Virus record (IMG/VR): IMGVR_UViG_3300045995_000345
Coordinates: 1-64,000 of that record
DNA length: 64,000 bases
DNA from: a virus
Reading direction: 5' to 3' (one strand)
The notes under the pieces were generated by a model. The model was given only the letters and a program-made list of their open reading frames with translations. It was not told the DNA's origin and ran no database searches. Position 1 is the first letter of the stretch, and every line of letters begins with the position of its first letter. Below, piece after piece: positions 55,831 through 64,000 of the stretch. The position numbers were made by a program, and so were the translations under genes.

Positions 55831-56729
55831 GCGCCCCCGCTTCCTTCCCGTTCTACCCCGACGACTTCCTGGCCGGAACCATGGAGATGTCCACTGATGA
55901 GGTTGGAGCCTACATCCGGCTCCTCTCTCACCAATGGAACCGCGGTTCAATTCCGGTTCAAACCGAAAAGCAACAACGGTTGGCTGGGGGCTCAGTCTCG
56001 GCCGACGTAATTTCCAAGTTTGAGGTGTGTGAAGACGGCCTTCTCCGGAACGCGAGGATGGAGTTTGAGCGAGAGAAGCAATGTAAGTATCGTGATGCTC
56101 AAGCACTTAAGGGTCGCCTTAGTGGCCAGGCAAGGCGAACCCCGGTTGAACCCCGGTTGAACCCCGGTTCAGTTTTGGTTGGAACCCAATCGAACCCCCC
56201 CGTCCCCGTCCCCGTCCCCGTCCCAATTGTACAAATACCCAGCAAGCCGGGCGGTGGAGTTTCGGAATTACCGAAAGACGCAGAAGACATCGAGGCTCAG
56301 ATCGACCAGCTCTACTCCGCCTACCCGAAGCACGTCGGCGTAGCGAATGCGAAGAGGGCGATTCGGAAGGCATTGAAAAAGGCGACGTTTGAAGTCCTCT
56401 TCGAAGCCGTCACTGCCTTTGCAGTTTCCCAGGCCAGTAGGTCGGCGGAGACGAAGAAGTTCATTCCCGACCCGGCGACGTGGTTCAACGCGGAACGTTG
56501 GACAGACGACCGCACCACATGGACGGTTGGGCAGAACGGCTCCACGGTCCCGCCCCACAAGCAGCTTGACGCGGTCAAGCTCTCGATCGAGACGCACCCC
56601 GCGAACCGGGAGTATGTCGGCTACGACGAACGGAAGGTCACGCCAGAGTTGAAGACCCAGCTCTCCGACCTTCGGAAGGCGGCAGAGCAGTTGACGCTTC
56701 GGATCGCGAAAGGATCCATCCATGGGTAA
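55827..56729 (+). CDS. phage replication initiator (DUF1376/YdaU-like)
   Basis: FPFYPDDFLAGT...EVGAYIRLL..QW; YPKHVG...KFIPDPATWFNAERW; upstream of dnaB. Confidence 0.85.
   Translation: MSAPASFPFYPDDFLAGTMEMSTDEVGAYIRLLSHQWNRGSIPVQTEKQQRLAGGSVSADVISKFEVCEDGLLRNARMEFEREKQCKYRDAQALKGRLSGQARRTPVEPRLNPGSVLVGTQSNPPVPVPVPVPIVQIPSKPGGGVSELPKDAEDIEAQIDQLYSAYPKHVGVANAKRAIRKALKKATFEVLFEAVTAFAVSQASRSAETKKFIPDPATWFNAERWTDDRTTWTVGQNGSTVPPHKQLDAVKLSIETHPANREYVGYDERKVTPELKTQLSDLRKAAEQLTLRIAKGSIHG
56137..56169. repeat. 3 x 11-bp iterons GAACCCCGGTT (candidate origin)
   Basis: Perfect tandem copies inside the initiator gene; related palindrome GAACCGCGGTTC at 55937-55948. Confidence 0.7.
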
Positions 56730-58149
56730 GCAGTTCCTCAGTGATATGCCCATCGACAGGCTCCCGCCGCACGCACCAGAGGCGGAGCAAGCCGTGATCG
56801 GATGCTGCCTACTCACAAACGACGCCATAGATGAAGTCTTGGAAACTGGACTTTCCAGTGAATGGTTCTATGACCTTCGCTTGCGGGATATGTGGACGGT
56901 GTTGTCTACGATGCGCGCTGCCGGAATTCCCATCGACTTGATTTCGCTTCCGCAGAAGTTGCGCGACGCTGGGAAGCTGGAGGCCGTTGGTGGGATTGCC
57001 TATATCACCGCCCTGATTGACGGAGTTCCGAGCGCAAGCATAGTCGGATACTACGTCGGGATGCTTCGCGATAAGTGGCTTTTGAGGAAGGCTATTGCCG
57101 TCTGCACTGAGCATGTGTCGAAAGCCTACGAGGGTTGCGACGCTGAGGATGTTGTGGCTTCACTTGAACGAGACTCACTCGCCATCCGTGATGACAAGTC
57201 TGACAAGCGCGCCGAGACAATGCAGACCATCGCAAGGCGTGTGGTGGAGAACATCGAGAAACGGATGACTTCCGGTGAGGGAGTTATCAGCACAGGCTTC
57301 ACGGATCTGGACAAGTACACTTCCGGAGGGCTGAAGGATTCCGAGATGTGGATCATGGCGGCGCGCCCGTCACTTGGTAAGACTTCGCTCGCGATGAACA
57401 TCGCCGCTAACGTCGCTGACGCTTTCCGGTCCGAATGGTTATCCTCGCACGCGAAGGAAGAACCCTACGCAGGCCAAAGCGTTCTCGTGTTCAGTTTGGA
57501 GATGACCGCCGAAGCCCTCACTGAGCGCATGGTGTCCAGCTACGCTAGGGTGGGAACCCGAAGGACGGAGGCGTTCAACGAACGGGAAATGGTAAGGCTC
57601 ACCACGGCGGTTGGTGTCGTGTCCAAACTCCCACTCATCATTGAAGATTCTCCAATGACGCTTGGCCGGATTATGGCCAAGGCGCGCCGGCACGTTTCGC
57701 GTGACAACACGAAGGTGATCGTTGTGGATTATCTCCAGTGCATTCTGAGCACCCCCGACGCGCGCTCCCAGGATCGAAGGGTTGAGGTTGACGGGTTCAG
57801 CCGGGGCCTGAAGCAAATGGCGAAAGAGCTGAAGGTCCCCGTGCTGGTTGCCGCCCAGCTCAACCGGGATCTTGAGCGCGAAAAGAACCGACGCCCGCGC
57901 ATGTCTGATTTGCGCGAGGCTGGCGGCATCGAAGCCGACGCGGACTTCATAGGGTTCCTTTACAAGCCGTCATCAAAGGGCGAAGAAGAGGAATCGGATT
58001 CGTGTGCCGTGAACCTGCTCATTGGGAAGCAGCGCAACGGAATGGCCAACGTCGATGTCGCCCTAACCTTCCTCAAACAGTTCACGCGTTTTGAAAGCGC
58101 CGCAAAAGTATGCTCGGAAGACTATCGCCCCACCCACTCGGACCCATGA
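56722..58149 (+). CDS. dnaB: replicative DNA helicase
   Basis: PPHAPEAEQAVIG, AARPSLGKT, FSLEM, VDYLQ, AQLNR, SDLREAGGIEADAD, KQRNG. Confidence 0.95.
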   Translation: MGKQFLSDMPIDRLPPHAPEAEQAVIGCCLLTNDAIDEVLETGLSSEWFYDLRLRDMWTVLSTMRAAGIPIDLISLPQKLRDAGKLEAVGGIAYITALIDGVPSASIVGYYVGMLRDKWLLRKAIAVCTEHVSKAYEGCDAEDVVASLERDSLAIRDDKSDKRAETMQTIARRVVENIEKRMTSGEGVISTGFTDLDKYTSGGLKDSEMWIMAARPSLGKTSLAMNIAANVADAFRSEWLSSHAKEEPYAGQSVLVFSLEMTAEALTERMVSSYARVGTRRTEAFNEREMVRLTTAVGVVSKLPLIIEDSPMTLGRIMAKARRHVSRDNTKVIVVDYLQCILSTPDARSQDRRVEVDGFSRGLKQMAKELKVPVLVAAQLNRDLEREKNRRPRMSDLREAGGIEADADFIGFLYKPSSKGEEEESDSCAVNLLIGKQRNGMANVDVALTFLKQFTRFESAAKVCSEDYRPTHSDP

Positions 58150-58358
58150 TCCCCGGCACCCACCGTTCCAGTCTGCGCCACATCGCGAAGCCGCTCAAGG
58201 GCGAGTGCTTCGTGTGCGGCCGCAAAGGTGCGCACAAGTGGTGGGACGATGAATGCAACGCCATGATCTGCGAGCGCTGCGTCCAGCCAACGCTCACCGC
58301 CGAACGTTTCCTGCACATCCAAGGACCGAGATGCGGCGTGGAGAAACCTCAGCCATGA
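58146..58358 (+). CDS. small zinc-finger protein
   Basis: CFVC...CERC; ATGA overlaps. Confidence 0.55.
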   Translation: MIPGTHRSSLRHIAKPLKGECFVCGRKGAHKWWDDECNAMICERCVQPTLTAERFLHIQGPRCGVEKPQP

Positions 58359-58678
58359 AGACTCGCAAGTCACACTTTGAATTCGACGCGCACAGTTCCA
58401 TGTGGCGTGGAACGTTCGATCCAACCACAGAGACATTCAGCCTATGGAAAAAGAACTCTCGAAAGACCAAGCGCCTGCGCCTGAGCGGGGACCAGATAGT
58501 GGACGCGGCAGTGGGGCAGCTCCACTTCGTATGCTCTACACCGATCGTGAAGGAGTCCAGTGGACCCTCAGCGACATCACCGAGAACAAGTCCTTCCCCG
58601 GATTCATCAACGCCGTCCGAGTTAAAGACGGACGAAGAATCTGCATCAACGCCAGCACCAGCAACCCTGATACCCTGA
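58355..58678 (+). CDS. hypothetical protein
   Basis: ATGA overlap; Ser/Pro-rich tail overlaps next gene. Confidence 0.5.
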   Translation: MKTRKSHFEFDAHSSMWRGTFDPTTETFSLWKKNSRKTKRLRLSGDQIVDAAVGQLHFVCSTPIVKESSGPSATSPRTSPSPDSSTPSELKTDEESASTPAPATLIP

Positions 58679-58689
58679 GAATTCTATGA
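58531..58689 (+). CDS. small hypothetical protein
   Basis: MLYTDREGVQW...; stop overlaps ssb ATG. Confidence 0.45.
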   Translation: MLYTDREGVQWTLSDITENKSFPGFINAVRVKDGRRICINASTSNPDTLRIL

Positions 58690-59138
58690 TCGGCAAAGCT
58701 ACACTCATCGGCCGCGTCACACGCTGCACCCTCGTTTCACCAGACGGAAAGAAACCGTTCGCGTCCGTCGCCATTGAAGACTTGGTGGGCCGAGAATGGA
58801 ACGGCAAGACCTACCACGACAAGGCAGAGATCAAATGCTACCGGCAGCCGGAGGGGCTGGTTCAATCCATGGTCCTTGGCTGCGTCGTGATGGCGTCAGG
58901 CACGCCGAAGGCCGAGACGAACGAATGGCAGGGGAAGACCTACGGCAAGCTCACCATGATGGCCGATGACTTCTGCGTGGTGCAGGCTGCGGGTGGGAGT
59001 GCGGCGCCGGCTCCGGCTACAACGGCAGCACGCCCAGCAACCACAGCAGCGCCAGCGCCACAGAGCGCGACGGCGCCAGCCCCAGCGCAATCACCGGCTG
59101 CAATGGCGGAGGATAAAGATGATTCGATTCCGTTTTGA
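58686..59138 (+). CDS. ssb: single-stranded DNA-binding protein
   Basis: ATLIGRV OB-fold start, Ala/Pro linker, acidic DDSIPF tail. Confidence 0.85.
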   Translation: MIGKATLIGRVTRCTLVSPDGKKPFASVAIEDLVGREWNGKTYHDKAEIKCYRQPEGLVQSMVLGCVVMASGTPKAETNEWQGKTYGKLTMMADDFCVVQAAGGSAAPAPATTAARPATTAAPAPQSATAPAPAQSPAAMAEDKDDSIPF

Positions 59139-59142
59139 CCCT

Positions 59143-59763
59143 ATGAAACCTCTCTCCCCCGAATTCCACAAGTACGCTTGGGACTTCAAACTCCTGCGCC
59201 GCCGCGACCGAATCGCCATGTTCATCAAGACCCGCGGAAAGTCAGTTTCTTACGAGGTGGTGAAGGTGAAGGATCAAAAGGCTCACACCTGGCCGGCTGG
59301 GAATACCACCGAAGCCTGCGAGAATCTTCCAGGCTCCAACGAGTGGGGCGTAAAAGGCTGGACCTACCAGACCGAAGAAGACGCTCTCCACAAGTTCAAC
59401 GCTCTTGCGGCCAGCCAACAATCCCAAGGCGAACCTGCTTCGTCTCCCACGCCCAGCACCCGCCCCCGAAGCGTATCTTCGATGGCATGTGACAGCCACA
59501 TCCCAGATGGCTTCCTTCCCAGGGCCGGCATTGATGTCGGTGACGGTTGTAGAGCGTACAGCCGCGACACCAGCCCAGATGCTCCAGGGTATTCTCGCGC
59601 GACCTCCAGCTCCAGAACCGAGCCAGCGTCAGTCCAATCTTCAACCAACGGCGCGGAGTCAGATGCTCTCTGCGCACAGCTTGCCGCCACTCGATCACTC
59701 GCTTCTTTGCGCACAACCAAAATAAAGGGTTCATCGATTCTGGATCTGCCGGTTGACGGCTGA
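59143..59763 (+). CDS. hypothetical protein (ordered N-terminal 90 aa, Ser-rich tail)
   Basis: SYEVV...ENLPGSNEWGVKGWTY. Confidence 0.55.
   Translation: MKPLSPEFHKYAWDFKLLRRRDRIAMFIKTRGKSVSYEVVKVKDQKAHTWPAGNTTEACENLPGSNEWGVKGWTYQTEEDALHKFNALAASQQSQGEPASSPTPSTRPRSVSSMACDSHIPDGFLPRAGIDVGDGCRAYSRDTSPDAPGYSRATSSSRTEPASVQSSTNGAESDALCAQLAATRSLASLRTTKIKGSSILDLPVDG
59396..59734 (-). CDS. Cys-rich zinc-binding protein nested antisense to previous ORF
   Basis: CRGC...C...GCGCHMPSK...CW. Confidence 0.5.
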   Translation of the reverse strand: MNPLFWLCAKKRVIEWRQAVRREHLTPRRWLKIGLTLARFWSWRSRENTLEHLGWCRGCTLYNRHRHQCRPWEGSHLGCGCHMPSKIRFGGGCWAWETKQVRLGIVGWPQER

Positions 59764-59806
59764 ACAGACGCAGCGTAACTCAACGCTGAACCAAAGCAAA
59801 CACACC

Positions 59807-60280
59807 ATGAAGACACCGGGACAGATCAACTTCGAGGCGTTCCATAAAAGGCCGGAGCCGCCGAATTATTATACCGATTCGCAGTACTCTCAGAGGGACT
59901 GGGAGCGCGCTGCCCAGGCCGTCATCAAGGACTACGAACAGCGCCAGTCCCAGATCACCAGCGGGGGCATCGTGAAGCCTACGACGCCACTCTCGCTCGG
60001 ACCAGAAGTCGGAAGATGCTCGGAGTGCCATCGATGCACATGGGCTCGTAGCGATCTTGGAACTCCATGCGGAATGACACAACCAGATGGATCGCGATGC
60101 TTGGGAGTATTTGGAGAAGCCGTATTTGTTTCCGAATCGACTCAACCCTGCATCACCGGAAACTGCATCCAGGCCGGCGGCTACCCCAATGCCACCATCA
60201 CCATGGACGCTGACATCACCCAGATCCAGAACTTCCCATCCAACCTGCTCTTCAAGCGGGTCAAACTCACACTCGAATGA
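59807..60280 (+). CDS. hypothetical protein
   Basis: MKTPGQINFEAF...WERAAQAV; Cys cluster. Confidence 0.55.
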   Translation: MKTPGQINFEAFHKRPEPPNYYTDSQYSQRDWERAAQAVIKDYEQRQSQITSGGIVKPTTPLSLGPEVGRCSECHRCTWARSDLGTPCGMTQPDGSRCLGVFGEAVFVSESTQPCITGNCIQAGGYPNATITMDADITQIQNFPSNLLFKRVKLTLE

Positions 60281-60537
60281 ATCCTGAACGAAAACAAGTC
60301 CCCGTGCATTGCGCCCATGGCAGTCCATGCACGCCCTGCATCATTTACATCGAGAGGCCGGTTCCTGAGTTCGGCATGGATGGCTGGGAGAAGAAGAGCC
60401 TGCAACTCTTCATCGACGAAGCCGACACCATCGTTAGCGCGCTGGTGGCCAGCCTTCCTGGCGGAACCCTCTCCCAGGTACACGCCCGGCTGGCTCAGCA
60501 CTTCGCGGACAAGTGCCTGCTCAGGGTAACCTCGTAA
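60277..60537 (+). CDS. hypothetical protein
   Basis: ATGA overlap; LVASLPGGT. Confidence 0.55.
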   Translation: MNPERKQVPVHCAHGSPCTPCIIYIERPVPEFGMDGWEKKSLQLFIDEADTIVSALVASLPGGTLSQVHARLAQHFADKCLLRVTS

Positions 60538-60542
60538 ACACC

Positions 60543-60821
60543 ATGTTCAAAGTCACCATCGAAGCAGTAGGAGAAACAAGAGACATAGCAATCGCTCAGG
60601 CTATCTCCTGCGCGTCCGGGCTGATTGGCCACCCCAATATGGGCATCTATTCGGTGGGGTCCACAGTGAGAGGATCCACAGCCTCGGTCAGTCCAGTGGA
60701 AGCTCGAGAACAGAAGCCTCTGGATGTCGGGATGGCGCGCGTGGATCGATTCGCGAAACTGGCGGTTCAGCCAACGAAGCCCGAACGCTACTCCCCGCTA
60801 CGGAGAAATCCTCCAGCTTAA
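60543..60821 (+). CDS. hypothetical protein
   Basis: Last + strand gene, overlaps convergent gene tail. Confidence 0.45.
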   Translation: MFKVTIEAVGETRDIAIAQAISCASGLIGHPNMGIYSVGSTVRGSTASVSPVEAREQKPLDVGMARVDRFAKLAVQPTKPERYSPLRRNPPA

Positions 60822-61161
60822 AAACCCGCTTTCTAATCTCCCACTTCATGGCCTTCCCTCCGCGCTTCACCTTGAGCTTCCTCCAGCCCCACAGTTCAAG
60901 GTGAGCGCCAGGAGTCTTCAGCCAGTCCACGCAGTCCTTTGCCTTCTCGCCAAGCATAGCAAGTTCGTGTTCCCGGAACGCCTGTCCCGTTGACTGAATG
61001 CCGATCACGCCACGGGAATGATCGAGGGCAAGTATATCGATGCACCCGAACAGGTCTTGACGAATTCCGTGCGGACCCACGAAGCGGTTGAACTTCTCCA
61101 CGATCCCCGCGCGGTGCCCCTGCTTCCTGATCTCCGCTAGCGTTCTCTGGGTTGGGCTCAT
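60688..61161 (-). CDS. PD-(D/E)xK nuclease, Holliday-junction-resolvase-like
   Basis: MSPTQRTL...VEK...RQDLFGCIDILAL...GIQST...LELWGWRK. Confidence 0.7.
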   Translation of the reverse strand: MSPTQRTLAEIRKQGHRAGIVEKFNRFVGPHGIRQDLFGCIDILALDHSRGVIGIQSTGQAFREHELAMLGEKAKDCVDWLKTPGAHLELWGWRKLKVKRGGKAMKWEIRKRVFKLEDFSVAGSSVRASLAEPPVSRIDPRAPSRHPEASVLELPLD

Positions 61162-61208
61162 GATTCATTATCCTCGCACTGCCCCCTCAGGTGGACCCTG
61201 GTCCGCTC

Positions 61209-61403
61209 CTATTCCCTCACTATCCATTCCCGCACCTGGCCGTAGCGGGCGTACCAGTTTCCGGTTCCGTGGCTCACTCGGATAGTCCCGCTTGCCAGCT
61301 CGGACTCATAGCGTGTGGCGAAGATGATCACGGCGTCGAAATGCTCACCCAACGCTTCAGCAGCTTCGCGCACACGCTTTTCGTCTGGAGAAAAGTCGGT
61401 CAC
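61209..61403 (-). CDS. small hypothetical protein
   Basis: LGEHFDAVIIF...GNWYARYGQVREW. Confidence 0.6.
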   Translation of the reverse strand: MTDFSPDEKRVREAAEALGEHFDAVIIFATRYESELASGTIRVSHGTGNWYARYGQVREWIVRE

Positions 61404-62473
61404 TGGGAGTTGGGTTTCAGAGGCTGTCTGAGCTGCCCAGTGAGTCGTTTTATTTCGGTCGCCAGATCTCCGTTCTGCTGAACCAGCTCACCCTCCCTCT
61501 GGTTGAGTCGTTCTATCTCCAGCCTGAGTTCGTCTATCTGATTCAGGAGTTCTGTTCTGGACTGCTCCAGTTCCTGTTCCCTATGGAACGGGATATACAC
61601 CACGCTCTGCGCATCGGTGCCCGCCTGAACCAACCGCGTGAAGTCGCCGCACGCGATAGCTTGCTTGAAAGCTTCGATCGTCTGTTCCCTCGTAACACCC
61701 TCGATGGCGACAAGCTTTTCGTCGATCATCTTCTTGATGGCTTCGTCTGCCTTCGCCCTGTAAGCAGCGAACCCGTAGTTCCCGTCCGCGCATTCAGCAG
61801 CAGTCCTCGGCATGGGACCAGGAGTAATCTGAGTTGCGCTCTTCCCAGCCGGCATACCATCCGCGAACGATTTCGGCGTGGGGAACGTGAACGCGCCTTT
61901 CTCCTTGAGCATTTTTTCAAGCGCGGCCTCATAGGCATCGGATGTATATCTCGACCCCCGCTCCATCGGGGGGCCTGGAACTAATATCGGCAACCTGCTT
62001 CTCATCCCGATCAACTCCTCCAAGATCCGCTCCAGCAATCCCAGCGACTTGTCACTCATGGCGAAGTGGCGCTCGTTGACCCTGTCAGCTTCCTTCGGCG
62101 GCGCCGTCTTGAACGCCTCCCGGTAGAGAACCTCTTCCCGAACGCGCTCCGCTGCCACCCACCATGCATTCAGAACTTCAGGAATCAAGCTCTCGAATTT
62201 CAGCCCAGGCAGACGAGTGTCCGCCTCCTCTCCGTGCGCCGCCCGGTAACCTGAGTTCCACCCCAGGTAAGCCACCTCCGCCAGGGACACCTTAGAAACT
62301 GAGTTTCCAGGCAGCGGCGGATCCCCAATCAAGGCGTCCAGACCACGCTGGGTTTCCTCACGCGAAAGCCCCACTTTCGGAACCTCTCCCGGGGCCATGG
62401 AAGTCATCCCGGGGATTCCCCCGGAAACGTTACCACCCGAAATCCCACCCAAACCGACAGTCTGATCGTTCAT
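61400..62473 (-). CDS. hypothetical protein with C-terminal coiled coil
   Basis: 357-aa ORF, ATGA overlap. Confidence 0.6.
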   Translation of the reverse strand: MNDQTVGLGGISGGNVSGGIPGMTSMAPGEVPKVGLSREETQRGLDALIGDPPLPGNSVSKVSLAEVAYLGWNSGYRAAHGEEADTRLPGLKFESLIPEVLNAWWVAAERVREEVLYREAFKTAPPKEADRVNERHFAMSDKSLGLLERILEELIGMRSRLPILVPGPPMERGSRYTSDAYEAALEKMLKEKGAFTFPTPKSFADGMPAGKSATQITPGPMPRTAAECADGNYGFAAYRAKADEAIKKMIDEKLVAIEGVTREQTIEAFKQAIACGDFTRLVQAGTDAQSVVYIPFHREQELEQSRTELLNQIDELRLEIERLNQREGELVQQNGDLATEIKRLTGQLRQPLKPNSQ

Positions 62474-62523
62474 CTGAATGCCTTTCTTTACATGTTGCGT
62501 AGCTCAAGGACGCGTTTTTAGCC

Positions 62524-62793
62524 TCAGGGTGCCACCTTGGTAGCCAAACCCCCTCCCGACGCGTCCACGGAAGGTTCTTTTTTCTGACCCACCCAAACCC
62601 CGCTGGGACCCCAGCGATCCCGATAATCCGAAACCGCCTTGTCCGCCCACCGAGTTGCCGTTTCCGGTTGCTCCACCCCGATGACCCCGGAAAGCGTCAC
62701 CCACACCCTAACCCAGAGGTCCTTCTCCTGAGCCATGGCTTGGGCCTTCAACGCCTGCTCATCAATCCTCCGCTCAAGTTGTTCCATTGTCAT
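62524..62793 (-). CDS. hypothetical protein
   Basis: MTMEQLERRID...WADKAVSDY; ATGA overlap. Confidence 0.5.
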   Translation of the reverse strand: MTMEQLERRIDEQALKAQAMAQEKDLWVRVWVTLSGVIGVEQPETATRWADKAVSDYRDRWGPSGVWVGQKKEPSVDASGGGLATKVAP

Positions 62794-63032
62794 GCTGCAC
62801 CTCCAGCTTCTTCCACCACGTCCACCCTCGCTCCAAGAACCTCCTTGAACTCCCCGATCTTGGCCGTGTCCATCTGAAACCTCAAAGACGCATACCCAGC
62901 AGGACACGTTGTGTCCCAGCCAGCGTATATCACTTTCGCACCAGTCGTGATGATCGCCTCCGCCAGCCGGTAGCCGGACACCTTCGTCAGCCTCCACGGA
63001 TCTGCCTCTCCAATCGAATAGCTCTGTATCAT
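62790..63032 (-). CDS. hypothetical protein
   Basis: ATGA overlaps. Confidence 0.5.
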   Translation of the reverse strand: MIQSYSIGEADPWRLTKVSGYRLAEAIITTGAKVIYAGWDTTCPAGYASLRFQMDTAKIGEFKEVLGARVDVVEEAGGAA

Positions 63033-63376
63033 GATTTTGCCTTTCTCGCTTCCTTCATCTCCACCTGCACCTGCTTCATCGCCGCGTAGTGACTCCCCTC
63101 CAGCTTCCCAGTCTTCAACATGTTCGCCTCCGCACGGCGCTCAACCTCCACGACGAATAGGTCCAACGCTTCCTCAAAACCAGGCACCGGCAACGATCGC
63201 ACGTCCGGATGCTCTTCTCGCAACACGGAACTCCGCACAACCTCAGCCGAGTAGCTCCACGCGTTCCTATACCTCTGTTCCAACAATCCCCACGGTATAG
63301 GTTGCTCCATACCAAGGCGCGCGTAGAACGCTTCGTGATTCAACTCGCCCAACCGAAATTCAGCGGTCTTGCTCAT
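63029..63376 (-). CDS. hypothetical protein
   Basis: ATGA overlaps. Confidence 0.5.
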   Translation of the reverse strand: MSKTAEFRLGELNHEAFYARLGMEQPIPWGLLEQRYRNAWSYSAEVVRSSVLREEHPDVRSLPVPGFEEALDLFVVEVERRAEANMLKTGKLEGSHYAAMKQVQVEMKEARKAKS

Positions 63377-63954
63377 AGTTCCTCTGGTTTCATGTATGGC
63401 AGCCCAACAAACGCGAATACCTCAGCCTCCGATCCCATTGCGCGCGCCTCGCCGCTACCACTATTTGTAAATCCAGATCCATACGGATTCCACTTCCACC
63501 CGCGCTCCTGCGCCGCCATGCAGATTCGAGTGTTGCTGTCCGCCGGCCCCGTCCGACACACCAGATAGTTCCACCAGTTCTCCGCCGTCGCCGCAAACAA
63601 GTCCACAGGCATGCCCGTAGCACAGTGGCGCATCAGCTTGTTCTTCGGCCCATACATCTCCGACCCATTCACGTTCTTACGCCTCTCCAACACCCCGGCC
63701 CTCTCCAATCCCGCAATCACTTCATCCGCAAGATTCACCGTGATGCTCGCAAACATGTCCGCAGGATCAGCCCTCACCTCAGTCTTCCCAATGTAGAGTA
63801 TCTCCACATCACCCACCGTCTCCTTCCGCCTACGCAACGAACCCGCAACGATAATCCGCTCACACGCCGGCCCCAGCACAGCGCACAGCTCGTCCGACAC
63901 CGCAAGGCCAACAGCCCTGTCGTATCGCTTCTTCTCTGTCGTTGTGCTTTCCAT
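63373..63954 (-). CDS. minimal X-family DNA polymerase / nucleotidyltransferase
   Basis: IIVAGSLRRRKETVGDVEIL, PVDLF, RTGPADSN, SEAEVFAFVGLPYMKPEE. Confidence 0.85.
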   Translation of the reverse strand: MESTTTEKKRYDRAVGLAVSDELCAVLGPACERIIVAGSLRRRKETVGDVEILYIGKTEVRADPADMFASITVNLADEVIAGLERAGVLERRKNVNGSEMYGPKNKLMRHCATGMPVDLFAATAENWWNYLVCRTGPADSNTRICMAAQERGWKWNPYGSGFTNSGSGEARAMGSEAEVFAFVGLPYMKPEEL

Positions 63955-64000
63955 AGCTCCTCTCTCAATCCACCGGCAACGAATCCAAAGTTACTTCATC

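Larger units (their letters stand above)
465..62309. repeat. Dispersed 17-bp palindromic motif TRGAAAS-NNN-STTTCYA (about 24 copies)
   Basis: Exact copies start at 465, 3611, 5632, 10919, 16357, 17956, 20584, 25119, 31487, 33718, 40608, 46141, 52714, 62293. One mismatch: 7059, 12922, 23827, 28776, 33159, 60819. Two mismatches: 44728, 59235. Spacer +1 nt: 8533, 56840. Confidence 0.9.

Noticed and set aside
54628-60821. Several ORFs with long low-complexity run-on tails, suggesting an alternative genetic code
   Set aside because: All three stop codons terminate well-defined genes, and no common codon marks the expected ends

Overview
The window looks like most of the genome of an uncharacterised tailed dsDNA phage (about 60% GC by eye). 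It is probably temperate and short-tailed, and I see no host housekeeping genes. Layout: (i) 1-10921 (+) early/accessory genes: MoxR/CobS-like AAA ATPase with a vWA partner, clamp-loader-like ATPase, frameshifted N6-adenine methyltransferase, HTH protein, tyrosine recombinase, Zn-finger HNH. (ii) 10926-44472 (-) morphogenesis operon: portal, scaffold, major capsid, decoration/fibre proteins, an adaptor-like protein fused to a metallophosphoesterase, a glycosyltransferase/FkbM cluster, nozzle, paired fibres, GNAT, three ejection-type proteins including a 3466-aa zincin-motif protein, and a TerS-like HTH protein. (iii) TerL on the opposite strand (44569-46143). (iv) 46266-51604 (-) membrane/lysis and tailspike-like genes, interrupted by an AT-rich HNH homing endonuclease. 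(v) 51788-60821 (+) RecT, DUF2800-like nuclease, lysozyme, DUF1376-like initiator with iterons, DnaB, SSB. (vi) 60688-63954 (-) resolvase-like nuclease and minimal PolX. The strongest unexplained signals are non-coding. A 17-bp palindrome TRGAAAS-NNN-STTTCYA occurs 14 times exactly and about 10 times degenerately, every few kb and often inside coding sequence. Two homologous promoter/uORF/pseudoknot leader elements show compensatory base changes (about 10074-10243 and 55478-55644). A dense run of structured RNA modules sits at about 55050-55476. All product calls come from motif recognition by eye; no database searches were run.
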